From the human T2T-CHM13v2.0 reference genome, Homo sapiens: DNA of 64,000 bases. The stretch lies in NCBI RefSeq assembly GCF_009914755.1, contig NC_060935.1; one strand, given 5' to 3'. The translations under genes and the position numbers were made by a program. Positions 49,701-64,000 of this stretch are shown piece after piece. Every line of letters begins with the position of its first letter. Position 1 is the first letter of the stretch. A model generated the notes under the pieces. The model was given only the letters and a program-made list of their open reading frames with translations, did not search any database and was not told where the DNA came from.

Positions 49701-51527
49701 ATTATTTTCATTTCTTTGTTAAATTTATCTGATACATTTCCGAATTCCTTCTCTGTGTTATCCTGAATTTCTTTGAGTTTTCGCAACACTGTTGTTTTAA
49801 ATTATCTGTCTAAAGGTCACATACCTCTCTTTCTCCAGGACTGGTCCCTGGTGCCTTATTTAGTTCATTTGGTAAAGTCACTTTTTCCTGGACAGTGTTG
49901 ATGCTAGCAGATGTTCTTTGGTGTCTGGGCATTAAAGACTTAGGTATTCATTGTAGTCTTCATTCTCTGGTCTTATTTGCAGTAATCCTTCTTGGGAAGG
50001 CTTTCCAGATAGTTGAAATAACTTGGCTTTTGTGATCTAAGCTGTATCTGCTTCAGGGGGTTCCCCAACCCCAGTAACACTGTAGTTCCTGGAGACTCAT
50101 AGAGGTACCACCTTGAAGGTCTTGTACAAGATCTAGAAGAATTCTCTGGATTACCACACAGATACGTCTGTTCTCTTTCTTTACTTTCTCTAAAACTAAT
50201 GAACTATCTCTCTCTGTTCTAAGACACCTAAACCTAGGGATGGAGTGATGCAAGCATTCCTGTGCCCACCACCAATGACTGTATTGGGTGAAACCTGAAG
50301 CCAGCCCAGCACCGGGTCCCACTCAAGGCCTGCTATAACCACTTATTGGATACTGCCTATGATCATTCAAGGCCCAGGGGCTCTACAATCAGTAGGTGGA
50401 TAACCAGCCCTGTGTTTCTTCCTTCAGGGCAGCAAGGTCCCCAGCCCCTGAGTGGGTCCAAAAGTGCCTTCCAGGAGTCAGTAAAACCTTAGAAGTCTAC
50501 CTGGTATTCTGTTCTATTGTGGCTGAGCTGGCACTCCAAGCATATGATACAGCTCTTCCAACTCTTCCTTCCCCTTTCCAAAGGCAGACTAGCCTCACCC
50601 TACAGCTACCACCACCCCAAATCACAAGGAGTACTGCCAGACTACCACAGACATTCCTTTAAAGCCCAAGTTCTCCCAAGTCAGCTTGTGGTGAATGCTT
50701 CCTGGCTTGGGACTTACCCTTCAAGGGAGTGGGCTCCCCTCTGGCCCAGGCCAGGTACAGAAATGCCACTGAAGAGGCAAGTCCTGGAATTAGAGATGCC
50801 AAGAACCCTCTTGATTCTCTATTCCCCTGTGGTCATGCTGGTACCTGAAGCCAGCAAATATCAGAGGCTCATCCAAGGCCCTCCATGTAGGACCTGGGTA
50901 TCACTGCTGCTTATTAAAGGCCCAAGGGCTCTTCAGTTAGTAGGTGATGAATGCTGCCAGGTGAGGTTCTTTCCTTCAAGGCAGCAGGTTCCCTTCTGGC
51001 CCAAGGTGTTTCTACAAATGTCTTCTGGGAGCTACGTCCTGGAATGTGTGCCTTGTTACTCTGACTGGTGCCTATCCTGCTGCATCTTGCATCCTAGATG
51101 CAAGACAAAGTCCTCCCCACTATTTCCTCTTTTCTCCTCAAGTGGAACAACAGGTTTCTTTTTTGGAGCTGTGAGCTGTGCAGGCTGGGGTTACAGGAGG
51201 AGTAATGCCAGCACTCCCTTGGCTGCCCCAGCTGGTGCCTCAGTATGTCACATGCCCCCTAGTCCATTGTCTCCGGGCCTAGTTCAGCACTAGGACTTGC
51301 TTATGAGTTGCAATCCTTATGGCCTAGACTGTCTTTCAAGTTTACTTGGAGATACAAAGTCCTTGGTGGCAAGGTTTACAAGTATTCAAGTTTGGACCAC
51401 TGGAATTGGTGATTCCCTTCTTGCTAGGGCTGGTTTAAATGCTTCCTCTGTAGGCAGGCTTTAGCTGTGTTTGGATCGGTTTTCCTTTAGGCTCTAACAG
51501 GACAGCACTGAGTTCAATGCCTCATAG

Positions 51528-51962
<435 letters not shown>

Positions 51963-52729
51963 TCAGTGCCTTTTTTAGTGATAGGAAGATAAAACTAGAT
52001 ACTGTGAGAGTGTTCACCTAATTTTTGGTTCTTATGAAGGTATTTTGTCTGGGTAGACAGTTGGTAACTTGATGTTCGTGGTGGAGGGACAATTAGTGGA
52101 ACTTTCTACTCTGCCGTCTTTCCCTCTCTCTCATTTGAATTTCTGATACACAAGTGTATCTATTTTCAAATATGAATGTGGAACCAACTCATATTGTACT
52201 AAAGAACATGTCCTGTAGTTTACCTAATGACACAAAACAAGACAGCAATAACTGATAACTATCATTAGCAGTAAATGTTTAACCTCAGGATAATTTAAAA
52301 TGTCTTTAGTGGTATTTTAAGACAGTTTGTAAAGCTTAGAGGAGTTGGGATGTGGAGAAATGCTACCATAGACCAGGGAAATAATATTTTCATAATATCT
52401 GTGGTTAAGACCCCAAGCTTCACAAAGCCCCTTCTTTCCAATAAGGAATAAGCTAACAGAGGAGAGAAAGTTATATATAGTAAGACACAGGAAAGGGAAG
52501 GAAGTCGATGTACTATGAAGCAGAACTACGGACACTGAAAACTCAGGATCTCTGCCCCACCTCACTTTCGAGGACATGTAGCGTTACCCAGCTCACTAAT
52601 GAAATTAATTAAGCACTTCAATTAAAAGTCACCTTGACTCTAGCAATCAGTCAGCAAATCAGCAAGGTTCTCCTCATTTCTAAATTTTTTTTCAATGGGA
52701 AACATTAAATTTTGATTAACTCTTTCTGG

Positions 52730-52736
52730 GCACACA

Positions 52737-52775
<39 letters not shown>
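52730..52775. repeat. (CA)n microsatellite
   Basis: Seen directly. Confidence 0.97.
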
Positions 52776-52777
<2 letters not shown>

Positions 52778-52941
52778 AGTCTACAGAAGTATACTTTGTT
52801 ATCCTAATTCCCATTGCAAGAAACTTTGGTTAGCGACAAATATAAAATATATTATTTACATCATTCTAAGGATGAACAAATTTAGGCTTAGAATATTTTA
52901 GATACTTTGCCATAGTCACAAATTATAGACCTAATATTTGA

Positions 52942-53254
<313 letters not shown>

Positions 53255-53489
53255 TAATCACGATTTAAACCACTTATCAAAGCTCTTTTAACTATATATT
53301 TAAAAGGAAGCAGTTTTGCCGTTTTAAATTATGCTTCAATAAGTCTGAGTTTTTTTTAAAGTAAAAGTATATTGAAGCTATATGAACAATATAAATGTGA
53401 GTCATTTTTGCTCTTACGAACTTTTTATTAAAGGCACACTAATGAATGCTACTTAAAAACAATAATAAAAGAGCTAAATAACTTACAGG

Positions 53490-53745
53490 AGGCAAATAGT
53501 ATTGAGAGTAAGAGATGAACTTTGGGGTCCTCCATGCTTCATTTAGAAACCTGTCTCTGCCACTAAATAGTTATATGACTTTGAGGAGAATTACTTAAAA
53601 TCTCTGAGTCCATTTTTTTTTAATCTGCCAAATGAGCTAACAATATTTCCTTATGACTTCCTTGAAGATTTAATGAGATTGCGTGTGTGGGTGTGTGTGT
53701 ACACACACATCATGGTGCAAAGGGTAGACTCTCAATGAGTGGCAT
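53490..53745 (+). mobile_element. MIR SINE
   Basis: ctctgccactaaatagttatatgactttgaggagaattacttaaaatctctgagtcc...atctgccaaatg. Confidence 0.75.
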
Positions 53746-55772
53746 TATTATTGGATTTAATGAGAGCCTTTTCCTCCAATTGTTGAAAATGAATTGCAAG
53801 GACATAGAGGAACTGAAAGCTTCTTACATATTCTACTAGCTGAAAATGTGGAGAGGGAAGAAAGGGCATTGAGACACTGCATCCCTGGAGACAATTGAGA
53901 TCAGAGATACTAAGAGGCCAAGCAATATTGGCCAATGAAGGAGACAGTGAACAAACAGCCAGGATACAGCCTATATGTCCATTAAGTGTCTGAAGAGATG
54001 GAAAGTTAAAAGTGGTGTCCTCTTAATTTATGCTTTTTCCTTTGTCAAGAAAAGTTATTGGTATTGCCCTGTGCAGAAATTAATTTATTCAGCAAACATT
54101 TATTAAGTGACACATAGAAGACAGGTACTGGAGTCTTGTGCCCTGAAACTGTCAGAAATAGTTTCTTAATATATTTGGATCATTGAATGTGGAGCACTAA
54201 GATATTGTATCCAACTAGTTTCCAAATATGTGTCTTAACTTTGATTCTACTCCCACCCCACCCCAAGCCAACCTTGAGTGGGAATCACTTATTTGGGGGG
54301 TTGTGATAAAATCGGAAAGAATAGACAAGAAATATCAGTCTAAAGAATATATTATGGCCCCAAATTTCACTGAGGGTAATTGAAGCTTATTTCTTGGGGA
54401 ATCTCTAGAAGCTGGTGTCATGCACACCCCTCAGTATATGAAGGATCTTGAATATACCAGCACAGCAACTCCTGTAAAGGGATGCTGAGGTTGGCAATGG
54501 GGTTAATTCCTCTGCATTTCTGGCCCACTTATGAGCATGCAAAACACTGGGGCTAAGGACAAGGAAAGCCCTCAGGCAAAGGAAAGCAGGTGCTGGCTGA
54601 CTTTGCACTAAAATAGTAAGAGGAAAGGCTAGGAGTGGGCTTAAAGTCTTAAAAGCGTCACTTTCATAAGAGCTAGGTTAAGCAAACACAAATAGGTTTC
54701 TTTACTTCAGTTTTTCTCACTTCTGTTAGTATGTTAATGTAAATATAAATTATATAGCTTCAATACAGGAGTATAAGTGTTTCCCAAACTGTTTAACAAA
54801 GAATCCTTTGCCTTCCCAAACATTTTGTAAGATTAGAGTTTCTTATAAATATTATAGCATCTAGGATCTATTCCAATTGCCTATATTTTACAAATAAGGA
54901 AAATTAGGTCTAGATAAGTAATAATATGTTAATAATGACTAAAAGTGCAGAAATGTGGAAAGAGAAGATTAGCTTTTTACACAAAGTTAAGTCAGCGAGG
55001 AATCCAGAACATGTGACAGGGTTTTTTGTTAAACACATCCTTGTGATTACCTTTCTCATTCTAGCTTTATCTCTTCTCCTATTAGCCGTTTTTTATGCTG
55101 GCTCTGTTCTTTGAGATCAAAACTTTCATGTCCATCCACCTATATCTAAAATACATATTTTACTATAATCATTATATAAATTATAATTATTTAACAAAAT
55201 ATATATTAAATACTATGTAATACATAATTAATATTAGTTAATATATTTATAGTTAATATATTGATACCAAAGCATTGTGTCACTTTTATAATTTCACCTC
55301 CACTCAGCAGAGAATGGTCAAATCTTTATTTTCTAATCATTATCCCTATGAGTTGATTATACACATGATTATTTTTGTTTACTAGGTGAGGATGCAGAGG
55401 TCTAAAAATGTTGGCATTTTTGTAAAAGTGATAAAATAACTTGTATTCAGAGCCAAGATTCAAAATCAAGAATCGAATTTTTGCCTTCTGATCAGTAGAA
55501 GCCTGCTTCAGATTCACCCAAACTCCCTCTGTTCTCAAAGTCCTTGAATTAATGTTTTTGGATATTTTAGTTGGGGTTATAAATGGCCTGGCTATAGAGT
55601 AATTGCTCTTTCAAACACTTTTAGTAAACTGGTGGTGGTCATGCATGAGTTTCTGGCATTTTGCATGACAAACCTTATAACATTTTATAAGGCTAAGAGA
55701 ACACGAAGAAAGGAAGACCAAGTAGCTCCAACAAAATCAGGCAATAAACAACAAGTATATAAATAAAAGGTT

Positions 55773-56532
55773 AATATCACTAATTATTAGAGAAATGCAA
55801 ATCAAAACCACAATGAGATACTATATCATAGCAGTCACAATGGCTATTACTAAAAAGTCAAAAATAACAGATGATGGCAAGGTTGTGGAGAAAAAGGAAC
55901 ACTTTTATACACTATTGGTGGGAGCATAAATTAGTTCAATTATTGTGGAAAGCAGTGTGGTGATTCTTTAATGAGCTAAATCAGAAATAGCATTTGACCC
56001 AGGAATGCTATTGCTGGGTATATACCCAGAGGAATGTAAGTCATTCTATCATAAAGACACATACACAGGTGTGTTTATTGCAGCATTATTCGCAATAGCA
56101 AAGACATGGAATTAACCAAATGCCTACCAATCACAGATGGGATAAAGAAAATGTGGTACATATATACCATAGAACACTATGCGGCCATAAAAAATAATGA
56201 GATCATGTCCTTTATAGGAACACCAATGGAGATTGAGGCCATTATTGTTAGCAAACTAACACAGGAACCAAAACCCAAATACCACATGTTCTCTCTTATA
56301 AGTGGGAGCTAAATGATGAGATCACATGAACACAAGGAGGGAAACAACAGACACTGAGGCCTATTTGAAGGTCAAGGGTAGGAGCAGGAAGAGAATTAGA
56401 AAAAAAAATAACTACTGAGTACTAGACCTACTACTTGGGTGATAAAATAATCTGTACAACAAACTCCCATGACAGGAGTTTACCTATATGACAAACTTGC
56501 ACAGGTACCCTGAACCTAAAAAATAAAAGTAA
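55773..56532 (+). mobile_element. 5'-truncated L1PA (PA13-15-like)
   Basis: atcactaattattagagaaatgcaaatcaaaaccacaatgagatac...; ORF 56106-56312 IKKMWYIYTIEHYAAIKNNEIMSF...HMFSLISGS is the ORF2p end; 3'UTR present. Confidence 0.9.
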
Positions 56533-58372
56533 CACACAAAAAATTGTACAATAAAGTAAAAGTTTTATCTAAATAATCAAGTTATTTATCTGAATTTGTT
56601 ATTTTTATTTATATTGACCTTAAGTTATTTATAGTCCTGGGAATCTGTCGCCTCTAGAAAACTGGTGGCTAAAGTCAAACAGAAATCACATAAGGTGAGC
56701 TAAAATGCCTAGAAAGGAACTGATCCTAACAGAACCCAGCCCCGGCAATCTTTATTGTAAAAGCAAAGACAGCTCACCGATCAAAGAGAACATTTTGAAA
56801 AGTGTAGCTTTTTTGTTTGAAGAAGCTCCTTATACAGACCTCTACGGAATAATGCATAAGTTATTTGGTGATAGAGAAGTACACAGTTAAGGGGAAAAAC
56901 AGAATTAGTTACTTCATGTAAAAGACTGCTAGACATTTTGAAATGCAAACTACTTTTGTGTCTATCAGAAACAGCAAAAGGCAGAAAAGAGTAAGAAATT
57001 ATCTGGATACATTACATCAGAGCACCTACCTGTAAGGCCCATTGTGCTGTATTGTAACTGGAAAAGGACTATGAAGTCAGCGGTCAGAGTGTGTATCATG
57101 TGAATGGTAAATGAGGTCAAAAGTGAAATAAAATCATACTCTTCCAATGGAGACTGTGTCACTCCAGATAGTTATGGGGGCAACTTTTTGCTGGAGGTCG
57201 AGTACTGCCTTATAAAATCTGTTGAATGCACATAAAATAGAAGTTATGATGATAGTAACAGTAATATAAACAGTGATGCATATTTATAGACATTTACAGT
57301 TTTCAAAACACTTTCACATATATAATTTTCTTTAGTTTCACATTATTCAAATTGCTACTGGAAAACAAAGAGATCCAAATTGTTATTATCGGCATATTCT
57401 TAAGCTCAAATGCATTTTAATAGAGAAGGTAATTCCAAAAAAATGTTTTTCTCAGATCCCAAAAATCTTTAGAATGTGTTATGTTGGTACTCTTAACGAG
57501 ACGTGTGATCTACTTGATTGTGAAGGTTGACAAATTATTCTAATGCTGATAATAACCATTCCCATAGATATATTTCCTTATCTGATAAAATTGAAGCTAA
57601 GAATTTTTTTTTTTCTCAAGAACTGCCAATCTGCAAAATGATAGAAAAAAGACTCAAAACAAACTCAGGCTCTAAATTCAATCACCCCATTTTCTTTGCA
57701 GATGATAAACTTTATAATGCAAAGTTCATACTATAAAAGCTTTGCTTTGCTTAAATATATAATGTACAATTGCTCTCTGGTGCATGTTGCATGAACTGAT
57801 TGACCTAGCCCCCTCAATAACTTTACATTTTTTCTTGAGTTTACAATTGAAGTTGGTTTCCACCATTGCCACAACTCAACAAGATGTTGAAAATCATTCC
57901 TTAACTATGACTTTTCAACCAGCTACAAAACACGCATTTTAGACCTGCCAAATGTATTAGCTTTCCTGAACAAAAATGTATTAAAAACATATTGGCTTAA
58001 AATAAATCTCCTGATTAAATCACAGTTATATAGATCAGGAGTCTGAGTGTGCTCTAATTGTGTTACACTTCATATAAGAAGGCTGAAATCTTGGTGTCAG
58101 CCAGGCTGGGGTCTTATTTGGAGGCTATGGTGAAGAGTACTCTTTCATGCTCATTGTGGTTGTTGACTGAATTTGGTTCCTGCAGTCGTAGGACTAAGGT
58201 CTCTATTTCTTTGATGGCTTCCAGGTGGGGGTATCTCTAGCTCCTTAAGAACAACCTCAATCCTTCTCATTTAGCCCCCTTTATCTTCAAAGCTACAACA
58301 ACCTGAGTCCCTCTCAAGCTTCAAATCTCTCTTACTTTCCCTTTTGCTGCCAGTCAAAATCCTCTGCTTTTA

Positions 58373-59053
<681 letters not shown>

Positions 59054-59204
59054 AAAAGTTCTCTGCTTTTAAGGGTATGTGTGATTACATCGGGCGTATG
59101 CAAACACTCCAGAAAAATCTTATTCCCAGATACCAGGGATTAAGATAGGATATTTTTCTGGGCCCATTTACAAAATTTTGCCTATCATACCAACTTTAAT
59201 TTTA

Positions 59205-59504
59205 TTTATTTATTTATTTTTAGACAGAGTTTCACTCCCATTGCCTAGGCTGGTTTGCAGTGGTGTGGTCACATCTCACTGCAGCCTCCACCTCCCTGGC
59301 TCAAGTGGATTCTCCCACCTCAGCCTCCTGATTAGCTGGGTCTACAGGCATGTACCAAAATATCCAGCTAAATTTTTGTGTTTTTTAATAGAGACAGGGT
59401 TTTGCCATGTCACCCAGGCTGGCCTCAAACTTCTGGGTTCAAATGATCCACTCGCTTTGGCCTCTCAAATTGCTGAAGTAACAGTTGTGGGCCACCATGC
59501 CCAA
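59205..59504 (-). mobile_element. AluJ
   Basis: Diverged reverse Alu (ctcactgcagcctccacctccctggctcaag). Perfect 15-bp TSD ccaactttaatttta (59190-59204, 59505-59519). Confidence 0.93.
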
Positions 59505-60237
59505 CCAACTTTAATTTTAAAAAAAGTAAAAACAAAAACAAAAACACTTAGCCTTAATAAATTAGCCATGCATGTTTTAGCAGCAAATTAATTTTATGGA
59601 TACAGCTATAATGTAGTCAATACATGAAATGACTTAACATCAAAAGCATGTACTTGCTTTTTAAACATTTAATATTATATATGACATGTAAGTATTATAT
59701 TTGTACTTATGCATTAAAATATGCTTTAAAATAGGTTTAGAAGATAATCATATGTGTGAAACCATCTAAAGATATGTATTTGATATGTCTGACAGTTTTG
59801 GATTCAAGTAGCTAAAACCTGAGAAAAGGTGATTTACTCTAGATTTGGTTTTGTAGCATCCTTTTGAGGTGACAGAACCAGTTCAGGCTAGAAATTTCAA
59901 TTATAGAGTTAATAAAATAGATTCCTGAATTTTGTGAGCTACAGAAATGGTCATTGAAGAAACTGCCAGTAGACTCCAGGATTAAATAGATGGCTTTTCC
60001 ATGAAGTTAAAGTCTTTTCTAAAGGGACTTTATCATTTTATAAACTTTGTGGTTTAATTTAGGGTAAAACAGCTTTTGGATGGGTCATAACAATTTCAAT
60101 TCCTTTTGGATTATAGAGGATGCAAACATTACAACCTTGACCACACTTTTCAGAATCTACTTACTTCAAGTTCTTTTGGGTGGAGGAAAAATGAAACCTT
60201 AATAAATACTTACATTGTCATTAATCTGATATCAGGG

Positions 60238-60525
60238 ATTGCAGCATAGTTCATTGACAGATTCAAACTCTGGTGTCAAACAGAAATAGGTTCTAATTTT
60301 AGCTCTTTAACTTACCAGTTACACTACCTTAAACTGTCTTTTATCATATTTTTTCTGCCAGGCAACATAAATATTATAGACAAAATATATGTTAGCTTGG
60401 ACAAGCTTATTCTCCTCAGATTATTTATGTGAATAACAAGGATGGGAAAATCTTACCTCGCAAAATTTTTTTGGAAAAGTGCTAGTGCAATGATGATCGC
60501 ATCACAGGTGATCAATGTTAGTTTC
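60238..60525 (+). mobile_element. MIR SINE (diverged)
   Basis: gcagcatagt...aactctggtgtcaaacagaaataggttctaattttagctct...ttggacaagcttattctcctcag. Confidence 0.55.
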
Positions 60526-61607
60526 ACTTTTTCACTGTCCACTCAGGTTAACATCTACCTAAAACCTCCCTCCCACAATTCTGAAGGCATTTCCTGCTTT
60601 TCCACACTCCACTGTCTACCCTAAGTGAAAGTTTCATATCCCATTGGTTTGAATGTACTTGAAGGCTTTTATATTATACAGAAGAGATAGAGTGAATAAG
60701 ACTGGCACAGACACTTGTGAAAGTGGAAAATAAATACTGGAAGAGATTTTGGCATGAGATTTACATTTTATTTTTTAATATGTGTCAAACCCACTGGTGA
60801 TCATTTTTCATTCAAGGACAAAACAGTAAAGACATTCTTTCCTTTCCTTTTATTTTCTCCTTCACTTGCCTTTCCTCCTTAAAAAGAGACAAAGTATAGT
60901 TTCTCCCAATCCGAAGTAATTAGATTTGCTGAGGGAAAGACTACGTAAAAGAAAAATGTAAAGATACACTGGGAAAAAAAATGAACTCAAGATTTTAAAA
61001 CCTTTAATAGATATGATTTATTTTCTCTGTATTTCTCTAATATGAATAAGAAACCTGTTAACTAATCATCTTTTCTTGAGGATACAAGAAAACATATGAG
61101 TTCAGGGATAGACTTTTCCCTGCTAGGCAACTTAGTATCAGCATTTAACTTGCAGGTAGAAGCAGGGTTATATCACATGGGGTTGTGTTCTGAAAAATGG
61201 GCAATTTTGTGGATTTTTTTTAATACTAGTAATAGGTATCTATTTGGTTTGCAGATTTCATAATTAGAGAATTACACTTATAAACCTCGGGAGTCAAAGG
61301 AGAAAATAAACTTCACTAAGGAAGAAACAGAACAATTTTATTCATAGGATATTTATCTAGTTTGTGGTGTATTTTTTCCCTGGGTATCTTTTTATGTTTA
61401 GGTTGAACTATATAAAACGGATGTTTTCATAGTTCAAGATGAGCCAATTATTGGCAATTTGATATGGTTTAATTTAATAAAAGTGAATAAGCACAATATT
61501 TTTGATGGATCTGTGACAAGTAGTGATTGTTTTTCTATGATAAGATTGCTTAAATTCTCGCTAACATATAAAATTTTGGTTTAGTCTGTGAATCATAAAA
61601 CTAATTT

Positions 61608-62110
61608 TTCTTCATTCATTTAATATTTATTGAGTGATGACTATGTGCTAGATACTGTCTTATGCATAAGGTATAGTACACAACAACGTCCTTCCTTTCA
61701 CAAATTGTACATTGCAGTGGATAGATGGACTATAAGAAAGCTATATAAAATCTGTGTTTAGCATGTTAAGTAGTAATAGCTTCAAAGGCGAAAAAAAGGA
61801 CAAAAAAAGAGGATTGGGTTGTGGGAGTAGGAAGAGGAGTTTAAAGTGTTTAACTTGGAGGAATAGGAAAGGCCTGAATGGGGTGAGGAAATAATTATAG
61901 TGAATGTCTATCATCAAAAATAATGACAGAAGCAGCAAGTAAGTGCAAAGGCCCCCAGTGTGCCTGATGAGAACAGAGGGCACAGTGTGGACAGATAGAA
62001 CGGAGTGAGCCTAAGGGAGAATAGACACTCAGTGAGGTCACTTAGGGACTGGGTATGAGGGCTAAGCCTTGGAACATCTCAAGACTAGATTTTAGTAATT
62101 TGAGGAGAAA
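61608..62110 (-). mobile_element. L2 3' region
   Basis: ttcattcatttaatatttattgagtgatgactatgtgctagatactg (reverse L2 end)...agcaagtaagtgcaaaggccc. Confidence 0.7.
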
Positions 62111-63299
62111 TGAGGAAACATATGAAGAATGAATCTTCAGAAGTACAAAAGAAAATCAAGCGATTGTGGAATCTCAAATGCCATGTTAAAAAGATATTCT
62201 GAGAAAGAAAAAGTGATCATTTGCTATCTTTTCCCAAAATAGTGGATTTTTGTTTTTCATTAGGAATGGGGACTACACTTTCACATTCAAGATTTTAGTA
62301 AGGTACAATGAAAAAGAAACAATATGAGTTCTTATGATGTTTTTGCATGGCAGAAACATCTGGATAATATAATATCATTACATATTATATATAATTTATA
62401 CTGCTCCAACTTCAAATAATGGCTAGTAGCCATAAGGGTGATACATTATCATAAAATACTTTAAACACAGTAAATGTTTCTGTCCACATGCTGCGGATAT
62501 TCCATTGATTTTGAAAATTACCTTCAGAATCTTATTTACAGAATTTCATGGGTCAGAGCAGTTTATGAAACATAGAATAAACTATCTACCTTCAAAAAAC
62601 AATCTTCAATTCATGTTCCATTTCTGATATCTTTGTTTACCAGTAAATGATGACTCCAACAACACAAGTGTTGTGAAACATCAATAACCTTTAACTTCTA
62701 CTCCTTTATGAAGTAATGTGGCAGTTGCTTTTATACACAGAGGTAATCCCAGAGACTGAGCTGCTATTTCCAGCTATTCAGATGAGTCATTTAACCTCTT
62801 TTTATCCTTTAAAGATAAGAATATATTGTTCTTTGGCCTACTTCACTGGGATGAAATGAATATTGGTGAGATAATGTCTATGAAACAATTTGAATGTCTC
62901 ACAAAAACAATGCCAAGTGTTTTCAAAGCAACTTGCTGGAGTTTCTGATCCAGAGGCTGAAAAGGAAACCCATGAAACTAGATTGTTTTCACTGACATTG
63001 TAAAGATTGGAGATAAAGGGAGATTCTTTCTTTTCTGCAAAAGGGAAACCATTGCTCTAAGGCTGCAAAAAGGTTCATGGAGAGAGGCTTATCTGTCTTG
63101 AATAAATTTCTGAAGAATAGTGATTGCTTTTACAAGGGTTCAGTAGGCATAGGCATGTCAAAAGATGCACATGAAACTGCCCAAGACAGGAGAATGGAGG
63201 AATCTAACTTCTGGGATAGCTACTCTCTTCCCTGTTTCCTTGTTTGTGGCACTGGCATTTACTAGGTTGGCATAACTTATAAATATGGCATTCATTCTT

Positions 63300-63680
63300 G
63301 TGTTCTTTATTCACCATATCCAATCTACCTCCAAATCCTGCCTGCTGTCTGTCATCATTATCTTGCTAAGCACCACCAGTCTTTTTGTACTTACTATTTT
63401 GCTTTATTCAATCTACTAGCATTCTCTCATCTTGATTATTGTGGTTCACTATCGTGGCCAGGTCTATTTCTCCATTCCATCTTTCACATCTAAAGCACGT
63501 GCCATCCCTTTTGTCTTTTTCCTGCTGATTCCATCAAACTTTTTACCTTACAACTTCTGAAATATAGCCTTTGCTCCAGGCATGCTGAATTATGAATAGT
63601 TCTCCAAAAGTCCTATGCTGTTTCATACCTCTGGCTGTTACACATGTCACTTCTGCCAGGAAAGTCCTCCCTCCCTTTGC
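63300..63680 (+). mobile_element. L2 fragment
   Basis: catatccaatc...ccaaatcctg...ctccattccatctttcacat...ttcatacctctggctgttacacatgtcacttctgccaggaa. Confidence 0.55.
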
Positions 63681-63689
63681 AGGAGCAAT

Positions 63690-63925
63690 AATATAGTATT
63701 GTCCTTGGAGCAAGGGCTTTGGTAAGGATCAAATGTCATCCTTTTCTTCCCAACTATGTGTCTCTGGACAAAATTCTGAATTTCTCTGTGTGTCAGTGCC
63801 ACGTCTTCAATATATACATAACAATATAACCTATATCATAGGTTGTGATGAGATTACATTGAAAAACTTGTGCAAATAATGTGCTTAGTACACATTAGAT
63901 TCATAGCATCTGCTGTTACTATTGT
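63690..63925 (+). mobile_element. MIR SINE
   Basis: aactatgtgtctctggacaaa...tttctctgtgtgtcag...acctatatcataggttgtgatgagatta...gtgcttagtaca. Confidence 0.7.
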
Positions 63926-64000
63926 ATTTTGTCTAAGTCTTATACTATAACTCAAAACTTGCTGGTTTCTTTTTTATAAACTTTTGTTATCTTCCTCGCT

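Noticed and set aside
54250-54660. Possible old ERVL-type LTR (LTR16/33-like)
   Set aside because: Only vague motif resemblance; termini and family could not be supported.

Overview
Primate (very likely human) AT-rich, repeat-dominated intergenic or intronic DNA. I find no intact protein-coding gene, RNA gene or CRISPR array, and most ORF-track entries are repeat-derived or chance. The main content is: (1) a 13-kb LTR cluster at 9.9-23.1 kb, made up of a solo LTR7, a solo LTR12C, MER4A with a nested MER41, a MER4D/E-type LTR and a two-LTR, internally deleted HERV-H provirus with His PBS and GTGGT target-site duplication (TSD); (2) a heavily decayed copy of the 3' part of THAP12/PRKRIR (a domesticated hAT transposase), spread over ~16.2-27.5 kb and split by at least six later insertions including the HERV-H; (3) a full-length minus-strand L1MA2-like LINE (43.6-52.1 kb) inside a MER53; (4) many Alu, L1, MIR, L2 and MaLR fossils. 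Family and subfamily names and the THAP12 and ESRG similarities come from remembered reference sequences, not database searches. I see no convincing new biological system; the most notable items are the fragmented THAP12 copy, the co-oriented LTR promoters and several insertion or repair scars.
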